In this document: positions 13,184-22,816 of the stretch, in pieces | How positions within the stretch are numbered: position 1 is the first letter of the stretch | Layout of the letters: every line of letters begins with the position of its first letter | Virus record (IMG/VR): IMGVR_UViG_3300048575_000179 | Span: 1 to 28,800 of that record | From: a virus | Lineage: Duplodnaviria > Caudoviricetes | Strand: one strand, 5' to 3' | Length of the DNA stretch: 28,800 nt | Notes under the pieces: generated by a model | Database searches by the model: none | What the model was told of the DNA's origin: nothing | The model's input: only the letters and a program-made list of their open reading frames with translations | Program-made: the position numbers and the translations under genes

Positions 13184-16100
13184 TTAGCGCCCCGTCTTCC
13201 ATTTCGACATTTCGAGGCCGCGCAGGAAGCGCTCGATGGCAGCGGCGCCGCTGTCGTCGGTGGCGATGGTTTCGCGCTCGCGCTCGCCCAGGCTCAGGAC
13301 AAGGTTCACCTTGCGCACGGATGCGGCACCAGCGCTGCCACCATCGCCGCCCGTGCCGGGGCTGCCCGCCGCCCTGTCACCGCCCGCTTCCGCGCCCGTG
13401 GCTGGCTGCGTGCTCTGCGCCACGGCCACCACGGCGGCGGCCACGTCCTGCATGGCCTTGAGCAGTGCCTCTTCGCGCTCACGCTGGGCCGCCGCGCTGG
13501 CGTCTTCGCGCTCGCGCTCGATCTGCACGCGCGCCTGGCGCTGCTGCTCGGCTTCATCCAGTTCCCGCAGGCGCTTCTGGTGTGCCTCCTGGGCGGCTTT
13601 CTCGCGCGCCGCCGTGGCCTTGTCTTCGGCGGCGCGCTCGTCGGCCAGGCGCTTGACGCGGGCTGCTGCGGCGGCCTCTGCGCGCTCGGCGTCCAGGCGG
13701 GCCTGTTCGTCGGCTTGCTTTTGCTGCGCAGCCAGCACGGCGGCGCGCTGGCGCTCCTGCGCGGTCAGCTCGGCCTGGCTGCGGTTGCCCGGCTTGTCCT
13801 GCTGTGCGGCCTCGCGCGCCTGGCGCTGCTGCTCCTGCTGCTGCGCGGCGGCCGCTGCGGCGGCGCGCTCTTGCGCTTCGCGGGCCTTGCGGGCGGCCTC
13901 GGCGCGGGCGGCGCGCTCGTCTTCGGCCTTGCGGCGCGCGGCCAGCGCTTCGGCGGCGGCGGCCTCGCGCGCCTGGCGGGCAGCCTCGGCATCGTCCAGG
14001 GCCTTTTTTTGCGCATCGAGGCGCTCCTTGGCGGCCTTGTCCTCTGCGGCGCGGCGCTGTTTGAGGGCCTCGTCGTCGGCCTTCTGGCGCGCGCGCAGGG
14101 CGTCTTCGGCGGCCTGGCGCTCGGCCTCTGCGGCTTCCTTTATTGCGGCCTGGCGCGCGCTGGCCTCGGTGTCGATCTGGCCCATACGCTCGCTGTGGGT
14201 CTGCGTGTTCTGTTCGCGCTCCGCCTGGGCCCGCTCGTCTTCTTCTTTCTTGCGCTTGTCCCGCTCCTTCTCATGGATCTGACCGAGCAACGCGAGCATT
14301 TCCTTTTGCTTGGCGATTTCCTTGTCCAGCTCGGCCAGCTTGGCGTTGTCTTTCCAGATGCGCGCACGCTCCATTTCGAGCTGCAGGCGCTGCAGTTCCA
14401 GCTCGATCTGGTTGCGCTCGCGCTCGGCCTTCGCGGCGGCGATCTCTTCCTCGGTGCCGTCGATTTCGAGCAGGCGCAGGCGCAGATCATCAAGCGCGCG
14501 GTCTCTGCCCTGGGTTGAGTCTTGGAGCTGCTGCTGCGTGGCGTCGATGCGCTCAAGCGCAGAGACCATCTCATTTGCGGCGCCCGACATGCGTACGAAC
14601 TGCGCCTCTGTCACAATGGCGTAGTCGGCTTGCTCCCACATGGCTTTTGTGACGGCGGCCGCGTACTTGCTCGCGGCGTTTTCAGCCGTGAACCACATGG
14701 CGACAAGAGAGTCTGCGGACTGGGTTGCTTGTTCCGCCGCTTTTTCAGTGTCCCTGCCTGCATCCTTTGCCGCGTCACCGACGTCTTTTGCAGCGCCACC
14801 CGCCTCTTCCATTTCCATGCGCAGGTGCCGCACGGATTCCGCCGATTCCCCCATGCTCTTGATGACCGCCTTGCCGGCGCCATCGACCTCCACCTTGAAG
14901 CCATGGGACGCGGCTTGTGCACTGATGGTTGCACTTGCCACGCCATTGTTCGCCGCGATGGCCGCCTCAGCCATCGCACGCCATGCCTCATGAATTTCAC
15001 GCGGAGACGCCGTACCGCTTGCACGGATGACTTCAAACGCCTGTGTTGCCTTCTGGGCCAACGATGCCAGCTCAGCCTGCGGCTTCACGCCGAGCTGCAC
15101 CAGGGCTTCACGAACGGAGTTGATTCCAGGCTTCGCGGCGTCAAGCGCGGCCGCAAGCTCCTGCGCTTTAACCTTGGCCTGATCGAGGAGGCTGTCGGCC
15201 ATCTTCGTGCCGAGTTCCTTGCGCAGGGCGTTGATGCGCGCAATGACTGCATCGATTTCAGCCTGATTCTTCGCGCCATCAAGCATCTTCGACAGCGCCT
15301 GGGCGACGACAGTGCCCGTATCAACGCCTGCTGCCCTCAACTGCGGCAAAGACTGGATCAGCACGCGCATGTCTGCATCGGCCCGCCTGAATGCCTCGCC
15401 AACCCTGCTAGCAGACATGACGACATCGACGCCAAGGCTCTGGGCTGCCTTCAGGGCAATCAGCTCGAGACCATGCTCCAGTTCCTTGCCCTTCACGCCA
15501 GCCTGGTTCATGGCAAGGATGAACTCCTGGCGAAAGCGCGCAAGCTCTTCGCCGCTGAGCTTGCTGATGGCTTCGGGCAACTCCTGGCGCAGGATCTTTT
15601 CAAGATCAGCGCCCTTCTTCTTGGCTTCCTCGATCTGCGCGGCAAGCCCTCTCAGCAAACCCGCCTTCGGGGATGGCTCCTGGGTGATCTTGATGATTTC
15701 CTGCAGCAGCGGCAGGACGCTGCCCGCCTCCTTCGCCGCCGCACCAAGCGCAACAGCGCCCGCGGCACCCGCCTGCTGCATGGAAGCGCCCGCCGCGCCG
15801 GCCGCCGCAGCGACTGCACCGAGCTGCGCTCCAGCGGCATCTGCCGCAGTGCCGACCTTGACAGGGGCCCGCTCTGCATCGCGCATCATTTCCTGGATCT
15901 GCGCCCGGACCTTGGCATTGCGCTCTTCGAACCGCTGGTAAGCGGCATCGACGGTATCGCTGGTGAACACGGCTGCTGCCGCTTCCTTGGCCAGGCGCAG
16001 GCTGCTGACAACCGTCTCGAAGTACCCGACGAGCAGCACGCCGAACTGCCGCGCCAGGGTAGAGTTCTCGCGCAGCATCTCCCCGATCTGGTAGCCGATT

Positions 16101-17833
16101 TCGAATCCGGTCACGCCAACAGCAATATTGATGGTGCGCGGCACCTTCGCGATGCTGGCCGCGAGCAAGTTGGTGGCCCCCGCCGCCAGGGCCGCCTCGG
16201 CGGCATAGGCCCGCAAAGCAGCCGCGCCCTGCACCGCAAGGCTTGCGGTAAGGGCGGCACCCGCAACCGCAGCAATGCGCGCAAGCGTGTCGAGGTTCCC
16301 GGCAAGCGCGTTGATGCCGTTGGCGACATAGCCGGTCACGTTGCTGCTCTTGTCCATCTCGCCGACGAACAGCATCCATTGCGTCTGCAAATTGGTCAAT
16401 GCGCGGCCCACGGTAGCAGGCAACTGGCTGAACTCGGCCTCCAGGGTGGCGCGCTGGTTCTGCAGTGCTCCGATGACGACCTTGGTTGTCAACTGGCCTT
16501 CATTTGCCATCTTGCGCAACTCACCCGTGGTGACGCCCAGGCCAGCAGCCAGAGCCTGCGCAAGGCGTGGCGCCTGCTCCATCACGCTATTGAATTCTTC
16601 GCCGCGCAGCACGCCGGACTGCAGGCCCTGGATCAACTGCGTGATGGCGGCATCCGCGGATGCCGCACTCCCGCCTGAAAGCTGCACAGCCTGATTGATG
16701 GACTTCGTGAGCGCAAGCGCATCGGACTGCGCAAGGTTGAATTCCTTGCCGGCCTGAGAGATTCGGGTGAACAGCGTCCCAGTCCCCTCCAGGGCACTGT
16801 GCGTTTCGACGGCAACACGTTTGATGCCCGCGAATGCACGCTCGAACCCTTCGCCCTCCCCCGTGGCGAGCTTCACGCGCGCGGACAGGTTGAGGAACGC
16901 ATCAGCAGTATCTGTAACATCGCGCAGCAGGCCTGCGGCAAAACCGCCACCCAGGGCAAGGGTGGCGATGTTCTGGATGTTCTGCAGCTGCGTGCTGATC
17001 GAATTCATTCCTTCGCGGAATGTCTTGTTCGTCTTCTCCTGCGCAGCGCCCGCCTGCTGGGTGGCCTGCGTAAGCTTGGCATAGGCAGGGAGGATCTGCA
17101 GGGCCTCCGCACGCGCGGCGTCCAGCGCGCCAGCCAGGTTGCGCTCCGCCTGGGCCAGGTTCGCGGCATCAATGCCTGCGGCGCGCAAACGCTCACGCCC
17201 GGCCTCCATAGCGGTGTTCGCATCCATCTGAGCACCGCGCACGCGGGCCAGGGCCGTGGTGCTGGCCTCATACTGAGCGGAGAGTGCGTTCTGCGCCTGC
17301 TGCGCCGACTTGGTCTGGGTTTCTGCCGACTTGAGCGCAGCACGCTCTTGAGCAATCTGTGCCGTCAGGCGCTGGGCATCCTCCTGCAGTTGCACCTTGC
17401 GCTGCCGGTACTCATCAGTGGACCGCGCAACGCCGATGGTTTGCTGGTTCAGGTCGCGCAGTGCCTGGCGTTGCTGGTCCAGGCTGGAGCGCGCACCCTC
17501 CAGCGCGGCTCTGGCACGGGCTTCCGCCGCCGCAAAGCCCTGGGTTCTTTCCGCCGATTGGGCAAGCTGGACGCCGAGCTGAGACGCTGCATGCTGGGCC
17601 TCGAGCAGCTCGATGCCGAGGGCATCGGCCTCGTTCTTGATGGCGCGAAACCCCTCTACGGCGCCCTGTTTTGCTCCCAGGGCCTGGATTGCATCAGCAG
17701 CACCAAGGGCGTTCTTGCGCAAATCACCGTCGAGTGCTTCACCAAGATCTCGCAGGTGCTTCTCAAGCGACTGCACCGATGCATCGCCGGTGACGGCGGC
17801 CTCGATGTCATACTTGATCTTCGGATCTGTCAT
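13184..17833 (-). CDS. Tail tape measure protein (1549 aa)
   Basis: Ala-rich helical protein with the tape_meas motif QL.QGL.SGVLRGEEFNSVMEQAPRLAQALA..LGVT.GELRKMA.EGQLT. Confidence 0.95.
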   Translation of the reverse strand: MTDPKIKYDIEAAVTGDASVQSLEKHLRDLGEALDGDLRKNALGAADAIQALGAKQGAVEGFRAIKNEADALGIELLEAQHAASQLGVQLAQSAERTQGFAAAEARARAALEGARSSLDQQRQALRDLNQQTIGVARSTDEYRQRKVQLQEDAQRLTAQIAQERAALKSAETQTKSAQQAQNALSAQYEASTTALARVRGAQMDANTAMEAGRERLRAAGIDAANLAQAERNLAGALDAARAEALQILPAYAKLTQATQQAGAAQEKTNKTFREGMNSISTQLQNIQNIATLALGGGFAAGLLRDVTDTADAFLNLSARVKLATGEGEGFERAFAGIKRVAVETHSALEGTGTLFTRISQAGKEFNLAQSDALALTKSINQAVQLSGGSAASADAAITQLIQGLQSGVLRGEEFNSVMEQAPRLAQALAAGLGVTTGELRKMANEGQLTTKVVIGALQNQRATLEAEFSQLPATVGRALTNLQTQWMLFVGEMDKSSNVTGYVANGINALAGNLDTLARIAAVAGAALTASLAVQGAAALRAYAAEAALAAGATNLLAASIAKVPRTINIAVGVTGFEIGYQIGEMLRENSTLARQFGVLLVGYFETVVSSLRLAKEAAAAVFTSDTVDAAYQRFEERNAKVRAQIQEMMRDAERAPVKVGTAADAAGAQLGAVAAAAGAAGASMQQAGAAGAVALGAAAKEAGSVLPLLQEIIKITQEPSPKAGLLRGLAAQIEEAKKKGADLEKILRQELPEAISKLSGEELARFRQEFILAMNQAGVKGKELEHGLELIALKAAQSLGVDVVMSASRVGEAFRRADADMRVLIQSLPQLRAAGVDTGTVVAQALSKMLDGAKNQAEIDAVIARINALRKELGTKMADSLLDQAKVKAQELAAALDAAKPGINSVREALVQLGVKPQAELASLAQKATQAFEVIRASGTASPREIHEAWRAMAEAAIAANNGVASATISAQAASHGFKVEVDGAGKAVIKSMGESAESVRHLRMEMEEAGGAAKDVGDAAKDAGRDTEKAAEQATQSADSLVAMWFTAENAASKYAAAVTKAMWEQADYAIVTEAQFVRMSGAANEMVSALERIDATQQQLQDSTQGRDRALDDLRLRLLEIDGTEEEIAAAKAERERNQIELELQRLQLEMERARIWKDNAKLAELDKEIAKQKEMLALLGQIHEKERDKRKKEEDERAQAEREQNTQTHSERMGQIDTEASARQAAIKEAAEAERQAAEDALRARQKADDEALKQRRAAEDKAAKERLDAQKKALDDAEAARQAREAAAAEALAARRKAEDERAARAEAARKAREAQERAAAAAAAQQQEQQRQAREAAQQDKPGNRSQAELTAQERQRAAVLAAQQKQADEQARLDAERAEAAAAARVKRLADERAAEDKATAAREKAAQEAHQKRLRELDEAEQQRQARVQIEREREDASAAAQREREEALLKAMQDVAAAVVAVAQSTQPATGAEAGGDRAAGSPGTGGDGGSAGAASVRKVNLVLSLGERERETIATDDSGAAAIERFLRGLEMSKWKTGR

Positions 17834-17860
17834 ATGCCTAAATGCGGAAAGGGGGTTGAA

Positions 17861-18025
17861 ATGGTCAAACTGGCTACAGCGCTCATGCAGTTGGGCGTTG
17901 CGCTGTGCTTGCTGCCGCTGGTGGCGGTGCTACTGGGCACTGGGGCCCTACTCCCGTTGTTTCCGTGGGGTGTGGGGATGGCCGCGCTGGGCCTGTTCTT
18001 TGGGCTGGCAGCGCGGCCTCGCTAG
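17861..18025 (+). CDS. Antisense 54-aa membrane protein (moron-like)
   Basis: MVKLATALMQLGVALCLLPLVAVLLGTGALLPLFPWGVGMAALGLFFGLAARPR. GAAAGGGGG SD and two hydrophobic helices. Fills the tube-TMP gap. Confidence 0.6.
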   Translation: MVKLATALMQLGVALCLLPLVAVLLGTGALLPLFPWGVGMAALGLFFGLAARPR

Positions 18026-18060
18026 GGGGATGCTGTCCAGACGCCTGGACGCGCGGGGCG

Positions 18061-18840
18061 TCAGCCGGATGCGGCCGGCAGGTTGACTTCGTAACCTTGG
18101 TCCTTGCCGGGTGGCGTCACGATCTTTCCGCTGAGGGAGATGGGCGAAAAATCCGGTGCGAGGAAGTCGAAGCCGTTACCGGAACCGAGTACGCACTCCC
18201 ACACATCCACCTCGATGGGCGAGCCATCGACCAAGTTCTTGCCATCGAAGCGCGCCTGGCAACGCACCTGAGAAACACGGCCGCCCAGGATCTTCTTGCC
18301 GTCCACCGCCCCCCATGACATGGCGACCTTGATCACGTCATCCTTGCTCGGGCCGTTCGGCGCATCAGGGATGAACATGATCTCGCCACGCAGCCAGTTG
18401 ATGCGGAAGTGGGTTCCAAGGGCGTAGGTCTCGGTCGCGCCGCTATCGGTCAGCACAAGGCCGCTTTCGCTGATGTTGCGCTTGCCGAGGGGGAGCCACA
18501 CACCGAGCTTGGCAACCGTGAAGTCCGTGGCAGGCTGGTTGCCGCTGCCCTGCGTGAGCGCCGTCACGATGCCCTGGAACTGCATGGACAGGGCCTGCAC
18601 ACTCGCAGCAGAGAGGTCGATGGAGATTTCGGTGGGTTTGGGCAGCACCACAGAGGCGCGCGCCTGGCCGTAGTCCCGATGGGAGCGGGATTCGCTGGTT
18701 TTGTCCTCGAAGCTGGGCTTGATCTCGAACTTGTCGGCATCCAGCTCCTCGCCGAAACCGCCATAAGCCTGCGCGACGGTGTCCCAGATGCTGAGGGTAA
18801 CCAGGCCACCGGCCAGGAGTGCGCGAGCGGTAGTAGTCAT
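18061..18840 (-). CDS. Major tail tube protein (259 aa)
   Basis: Size, position before the TMP, AAAGGA SD and beta-rich sequence (VDVWECVL....FDFL..DF..I.LSG). Confidence 0.8.
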   Translation of the reverse strand: MTTTARALLAGGLVTLSIWDTVAQAYGGFGEELDADKFEIKPSFEDKTSESRSHRDYGQARASVVLPKPTEISIDLSAASVQALSMQFQGIVTALTQGSGNQPATDFTVAKLGVWLPLGKRNISESGLVLTDSGATETYALGTHFRINWLRGEIMFIPDAPNGPSKDDVIKVAMSWGAVDGKKILGGRVSQVRCQARFDGKNLVDGSPIEVDVWECVLGSGNGFDFLAPDFSPISLSGKIVTPPGKDQGYEVNLPAASG

Positions 18841-18856
18841 GACCGCGTCCTTTCAG

Positions 18857-18886
18857 AAACAAGAAAGCCCGCACGGGGCGGGCCTT
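18857..18886 (-). terminator. Intrinsic terminator between head-completion and tail tube genes
   Basis: Minus strand AAGGCCCGC-CCCGT-GCGGGCTTT-CTTGTTT. Confidence 0.7.
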
Positions 18887-18914
18887 GGGGTGTGGTGATC
18901 GATCCGCTCTGGGG

Positions 18915-19373
18915 TCAGTTCGGATCGCGGTATTCGAGCGTGAACAGGCCCAGCACGAGACTGCCTCCCACGTCGATGTTTTCCAGCCGGTAGCGCACTT
19001 CGCCCTCGGTCAGTCCGGATTTCGCAACTTCCACGCCGGCCGCTGTCAGCGCATGCATGCCGGTGCTGCGCAAGATGCGCTTCGCGGCACGGTAGTCCCT
19101 GTGGGCCGCCAGGCGTGGATCGGTGCTGCGGTTGATGACGCCCACCGAAAAGCTGTACGCACGGTACTGGCGTTGCGCGGGATCGCCTCCGAGCTTGTCG
19201 GCCTGGTCTTCGATGAAGATGACACGCTCGCCGTCCTGCAGGTCACTGGCACGCACGGGGTTGTCGAGTACCCTGGCACCAGTCAATGCGCCCGCTTCGG
19301 CCAGCAGCCTGAAGAAGGTTGCGCCGATGGCATGGGGAGCGCCGCCAGGCAGCTTGTCCGCCGATACGCTCAT
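18915..19373 (-). CDS. Tail terminator-like (gpU position) protein (152 aa)
   Basis: Synteny, size and ATGA coupling. Confidence 0.6.
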   Translation of the reverse strand: MSVSADKLPGGAPHAIGATFFRLLAEAGALTGARVLDNPVRASDLQDGERVIFIEDQADKLGGDPAQRQYRAYSFSVGVINRSTDPRLAAHRDYRAAKRILRSTGMHALTAAGVEVAKSGLTEGEVRYRLENIDVGGSLVLGLFTLEYRDPN

Positions 19374-19705
19374 GCGGGCACGCTGCCGAGCAGCGCCTCC
19401 ATTTCAGAGCCATCGTTCACGCGCACAGGCTTGTCAAGCACTTTGAAACGTGCACCTTCGAGAACGCCCAGACTGGGCATGCCGGTCACGACTTCCAGTA
19501 TGTCGTCTGCACGCACGTCGCAGCCAGAAGGCATGCGCAGCGTGCGCGCGACGGTCAGGGCCTTGCCGTCCAACGCGTCTTCGTCCGCAATACCCAGGAT
19601 ACCCGCCACCTCCTTCGGCGCAGTTGCGGGACGGTGGCGCATGAAAGTTGCAGCAAAATCGCCTCCGTAGAACACGGTAGACATGTCCTCTCCCATGTCA
19701 AGCAT
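19370..19705 (-). CDS. Head-tail joining protein (gpFII-like, 111 aa)
   Basis: Follows the capsid gene; beta-barrel-like pattern ending RVNDGSEMEALL. Confidence 0.65.
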   Translation of the reverse strand: MLDMGEDMSTVFYGGDFAATFMRHRPATAPKEVAGILGIADEDALDGKALTVARTLRMPSGCDVRADDILEVVTGMPSLGVLEGARFKVLDKPVRVNDGSEMEALLGSVPA

Positions 19706-19710
19706 GGGAA

Positions 19711-20742
19711 TCAGCGCACCTTCGCGCGCATGGTGGCATTCACGCGGTACGGCACCAGCAGCGGTGCGGACTGCAGCAGCAGGTAGCGCATGCTGGGATC
19801 TTGTTCCGGCCAGCTCTTGGGAAAGTACGGCATGGCCTGGAGCGCGTCGTGGTCAAGAATGGCGCCAAAGTGCCGCGTGCCCTCGACCAGCGCGGGTGCG
19901 GCGGTGCACAGTACGGTGAAGGGCGGCAGCAACGCCGCCTGCTGAGCCTCGGTGTCGCCCGGCTCGATGCCCCAGCCACTGTAGGTATAGATGTTGAAAC
20001 CATCCACCACACCCTGAAACACCAGGCCCTCGCGGTTGTGCGCATCCTGCTGCAAGGTGCTGCTGCCGCGATAGCGATCCAGCCGCTCCTTCACATCGGA
20101 GTCGGAGCGGAACACTTTCCATGCGTCAACCGTCATGGTGACGTCCGCGATGCCTGCCCCGGTGCGCTTGACCATGGCATCCGACCAATCCTGGAGATCG
20201 TCTAGTGGCTTCACGCCGGACTCGCCCCAGCGCTTGTCGGCTTGCAGGCTGATGGTGAGGTCGGAATGGCGCCCAAAATCCACGACCACCTTCGGGTACT
20301 GGGGCGCTTCCACGGTGACTTTGCCGTTGTAGAGGATCTGGGCAGCCATCCATTCGAGACGGCGCTCAACCCCTTCAACCTGGTCTTGAAGATCCTGTGC
20401 GACAAGGATCTCGATGCGCTGCTCGGGGCTGAGTTCTCCACCGCCGATCTTCTCGCCCATGATGCGCTTGACCGACCGGCCAGGATGGAACACGCGCTTG
20501 TCCTTGATGTAGGCGGGCTTGAAGGTGTCGGTGCGAAAGCCACGGCTCGCCACCAACTGGCCGGCGACAAGGGGACTCACCAGAGGCGCCATACGGCGCG
20601 GCTTGTTCTCGATGTCGAAGTGGATCTCTTCGCTTTCGTCCTGCTGGACGTTGGTGAAGTAGCGTCCCGCAAGACCCAGGTTGGGCACACGCAGATCTTC
20701 CACGACCGCCACGAGGCTGTCAGTGCTGAAAATATCAGGCAT
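19711..20742 (-). CDS. Major capsid protein, lambda GpE family (343 aa)
   Basis: MAPLVSP.VAG, FKPAYIKDK, RRLEWMAAQ and LLQSAPL motifs. Confidence 0.95.
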   Translation of the reverse strand: MPDIFSTDSLVAVVEDLRVPNLGLAGRYFTNVQQDESEEIHFDIENKPRRMAPLVSPLVAGQLVASRGFRTDTFKPAYIKDKRVFHPGRSVKRIMGEKIGGGELSPEQRIEILVAQDLQDQVEGVERRLEWMAAQILYNGKVTVEAPQYPKVVVDFGRHSDLTISLQADKRWGESGVKPLDDLQDWSDAMVKRTGAGIADVTMTVDAWKVFRSDSDVKERLDRYRGSSTLQQDAHNREGLVFQGVVDGFNIYTYSGWGIEPGDTEAQQAALLPPFTVLCTAAPALVEGTRHFGAILDHDALQAMPYFPKSWPEQDPSMRYLLLQSAPLLVPYRVNATMRAKVR

Positions 20743-20783
20743 GGTTCAAGGCTCCTATGCAATGAATGGATGGATGAATGGCC

Positions 20784-21443
20784 TCAGACCGGAACCTGGT
20801 CGATGAGGAAGACGCCCTTGCTGCGCAGGCCCGCACGCACGGACTCGGCGGTATGGTCCGGGCCAAAGATCACGTCACCAGCGATGAAATCGCCGCGCGT
20901 GTAGGCGATGGTGGGCGCCGGGGCCTCGGTGGCGTCGGTGTCCTCGGCCAGGATGGCTTCGGGCACCTGCGAGCCATCGCTCGCAGAGGACACGCTGAGG
21001 ACAAAGCCGCCGAGACCGGCGGCTACCGCGATCTCGAAGGCATCACCCACATCGAAATCGTCGGAACCGTCTGCGATGGTGAACTTGACCTGGCTGGAGA
21101 ACGTGGCCCCCACAGCGACAGTGCCCAGCGCGTTGCCCTCGGGGTCAGTGACAGCGAAGGTGCCGCCGTTGGCGGCCTCGGCCGTGCAGACCGCCGTGTA
21201 CACGCCGGCCTGCGCGCCATCGAGGCGCGGCGTGACCGGGTCCAGGGAAAGCACGCCGTTGCCGGTATTTCCGGAAACCGCTGCGGCCGTGACCTCGCCG
21301 AGCGTTACCCGGCCCAGCAGTGTGCCGCGCAAATGGCGGCCCACGAGCAGCGAGATGGATTCGCTGATCAACAAGGCGGAATTGCCCGCGATCAGTCCGC
21401 GAGGGACAAAGCCCTCGCTCTTGTAGGTGGCAAGGAACGTCAT
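20784..21443 (-). CDS. Head decoration protein (gpD-like) with inserted domain (219 aa)
   Basis: RGTLLG... and S.ASDGSQVP.AILAED.DAT..Y.RGDF motifs flanking a G/T/A-rich insert. AAGGA SD and ATG at 21443. Confidence 0.85.
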   Translation of the reverse strand: MTFLATYKSEGFVPRGLIAGNSALLISESISLLVGRHLRGTLLGRVTLGEVTAAAVSGNTGNGVLSLDPVTPRLDGAQAGVYTAVCTAEAANGGTFAVTDPEGNALGTVAVGATFSSQVKFTIADGSDDFDVGDAFEIAVAAGLGGFVLSVSSASDGSQVPEAILAEDTDATEAPAPTIAYTRGDFIAGDVIFGPDHTAESVRAGLRSKGVFLIDQVPV

Positions 21444-21489
21444 GTTCTTGATCCTTCGGTGAAAGTGGGAGGCTGGATGGGACCGCTGC

Positions 21490-21879
21490 TCAGCGGCCCC
21501 GCATCTGGTTGAACGCGGCCGCTGCGCGCTTGCCGACAGAACGGTTTGTGTCCTCGCCGGATGCCGCTGGGCTTGCTGCGGCACTGCCGGGGGCGGCTGG
21601 CGGGGCATCCATGCGGTGCTGCTCCACGGCTGCGGCAGTACGCGTAGCCTGTGCCGCCAGCACGGCCTGGGCAGCATCGCCGACCGATGTTTTGCCGTCG
21701 AAAGCGAGCGTCTGGATCAGTTCGGTTTCGCCGTGGGCGCTGAGAGCCAGGATGGCCTGGATACGTGTGCGTTCCCGCGTGGCACCTTCGTGGCGCCCTT
21801 CGGCCCGCGCTGTATCGAGATCAGCCTGGGTGATGGTTTTGGCGGTTTCCTGACCGCCCTGGGGGGTGTTGCCAGACAT
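21490..21879 (-). CDS. Nested in-frame scaffold protein (Nu3-like, 129 aa)
   Basis: Strong internal SD AAAGGAG 5 nt before the ATG at 21879 (MSGNTPQGG...ERTRIQAIL). Confidence 0.65.
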   Translation of the reverse strand: MSGNTPQGGQETAKTITQADLDTARAEGRHEGATRERTRIQAILALSAHGETELIQTLAFDGKTSVGDAAQAVLAAQATRTAAAVEQHRMDAPPAAPGSAAASPAASGEDTNRSVGKRAAAAFNQMRGR

Positions 21880-22812
21880 GCTTGCTCCTTTGTCATCGGC
21901 GTTTGCGCGGGCGGCCTGCCCGGCTGGGAACGACCGCGCGCGAAGCGCGGCCAACTCGGAAATCAGTTGATCGGTGGTGGCCACGCGGCGGGCAAGTCCT
22001 ATGTCCACGGCGGCCTGGCCGCGATAGACAGCGGCCTGGGTGGCGCGGATGGCCTTGGCCGTAAGGCCTGTGTTGCGCTCAACGACTGAGACGAAAAGGG
22101 CGTAGATCCCGTCGATTTCTTCCTGCAGGTCTTGCCGCACGGACTTGGGCAATGCCTCGTAGGGATTGCCATCGATCTTGTGGTCGCCCGCATAGATGTG
22201 CGTGACGCGCACACCTTCCTTCTCCAGGGCTACAGACAGGTCAACGTGGCGCATTACGACGCCAACAGAGCCCGCATAGCCGGTCTGGCTGATAGCAAGC
22301 TGGTCGAACGCGGACCCGCCAAGGTAGGCAGAGGAGGCTGCAAGGCTGTCCGCTATGGCATACATCGGCTTCTTGCCGCGCAATGCATGGATGCGATCGC
22401 TGTACTCGAATGCGCCAGACACTTCGCCGCCGGGAGAGTCGTAGATCTGCAGCACCGCATGGACGTTGGGGTTGTCCATGGCGTCTTCGGCCTGCAAGGC
22501 CAGTTCGTTGTAGCCCAGCAGGTAGCTGGAGTCCGCATCCCTGCGGCTGCGATGCACCAGCACCCCACTGGCGTAAATGACGGCAACACCATCGGTCACC
22601 ACGTAGCCCGCGTCGCCTCGCTTTCCTCGCCTGGTGCTGAACATCTCGGCAGGCAGCACTGCTCCTGCCTCGCGATCCGCGGCCATCAAGTCGAACTCTC
22701 CACCGAGCAGCCTGGGGCCTATGCCAGCAATGATCGCGTCCAGTTTCTGCGGATGTACAAGCAGCGGCGCGTTGAACAGCCGGGCCGCGATGTGCGGATA
22801 CTTCATGTTCAT
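21490..22812 (-). CDS. S49 (SppA/GpC-like) head maturation protease with C-terminal scaffold (440 aa)
   Basis: DSPGGEV, AASSAY, GSVGV and G.HK.DGNPYE.L motifs. Confidence 0.93.
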   Translation of the reverse strand: MNMKYPHIAARLFNAPLLVHPQKLDAIIAGIGPRLLGGEFDLMAADREAGAVLPAEMFSTRRGKRGDAGYVVTDGVAVIYASGVLVHRSRRDADSSYLLGYNELALQAEDAMDNPNVHAVLQIYDSPGGEVSGAFEYSDRIHALRGKKPMYAIADSLAASSAYLGGSAFDQLAISQTGYAGSVGVVMRHVDLSVALEKEGVRVTHIYAGDHKIDGNPYEALPKSVRQDLQEEIDGIYALFVSVVERNTGLTAKAIRATQAAVYRGQAAVDIGLARRVATTDQLISELAALRARSFPAGQAARANADDKGASMSGNTPQGGQETAKTITQADLDTARAEGRHEGATRERTRIQAILALSAHGETELIQTLAFDGKTSVGDAAQAVLAAQATRTAAAVEQHRMDAPPAAPGSAAASPAASGEDTNRSVGKRAAAAFNQMRGR

Positions 22813-22816
22813 GGTT

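Noticed and set aside
14003-14010. In-phase A AAA AAG slippery heptamer in the tape measure gene
   Set aside because: It is explained by Gln-Lys-Lys codons. I found no supporting stimulatory element, and it is not at the chaperone position.
4972-16678. Long plus-strand ORFs (4972-6831, 10837-12777, 12950-14518, 14522-16678)
   Set aside because: They are antisense shadows of high-GC minus-strand tail genes and show no recognisable motifs.
18850-18886. CGCCCCGTGCGGGC...TGAAAG resembles a type I-C CRISPR repeat (possible solitary repeat/Racr)
   Set aside because: Only the hairpin matches. It has a U-tract, sits far from the Aca-like operons and is adequately explained as a terminator.
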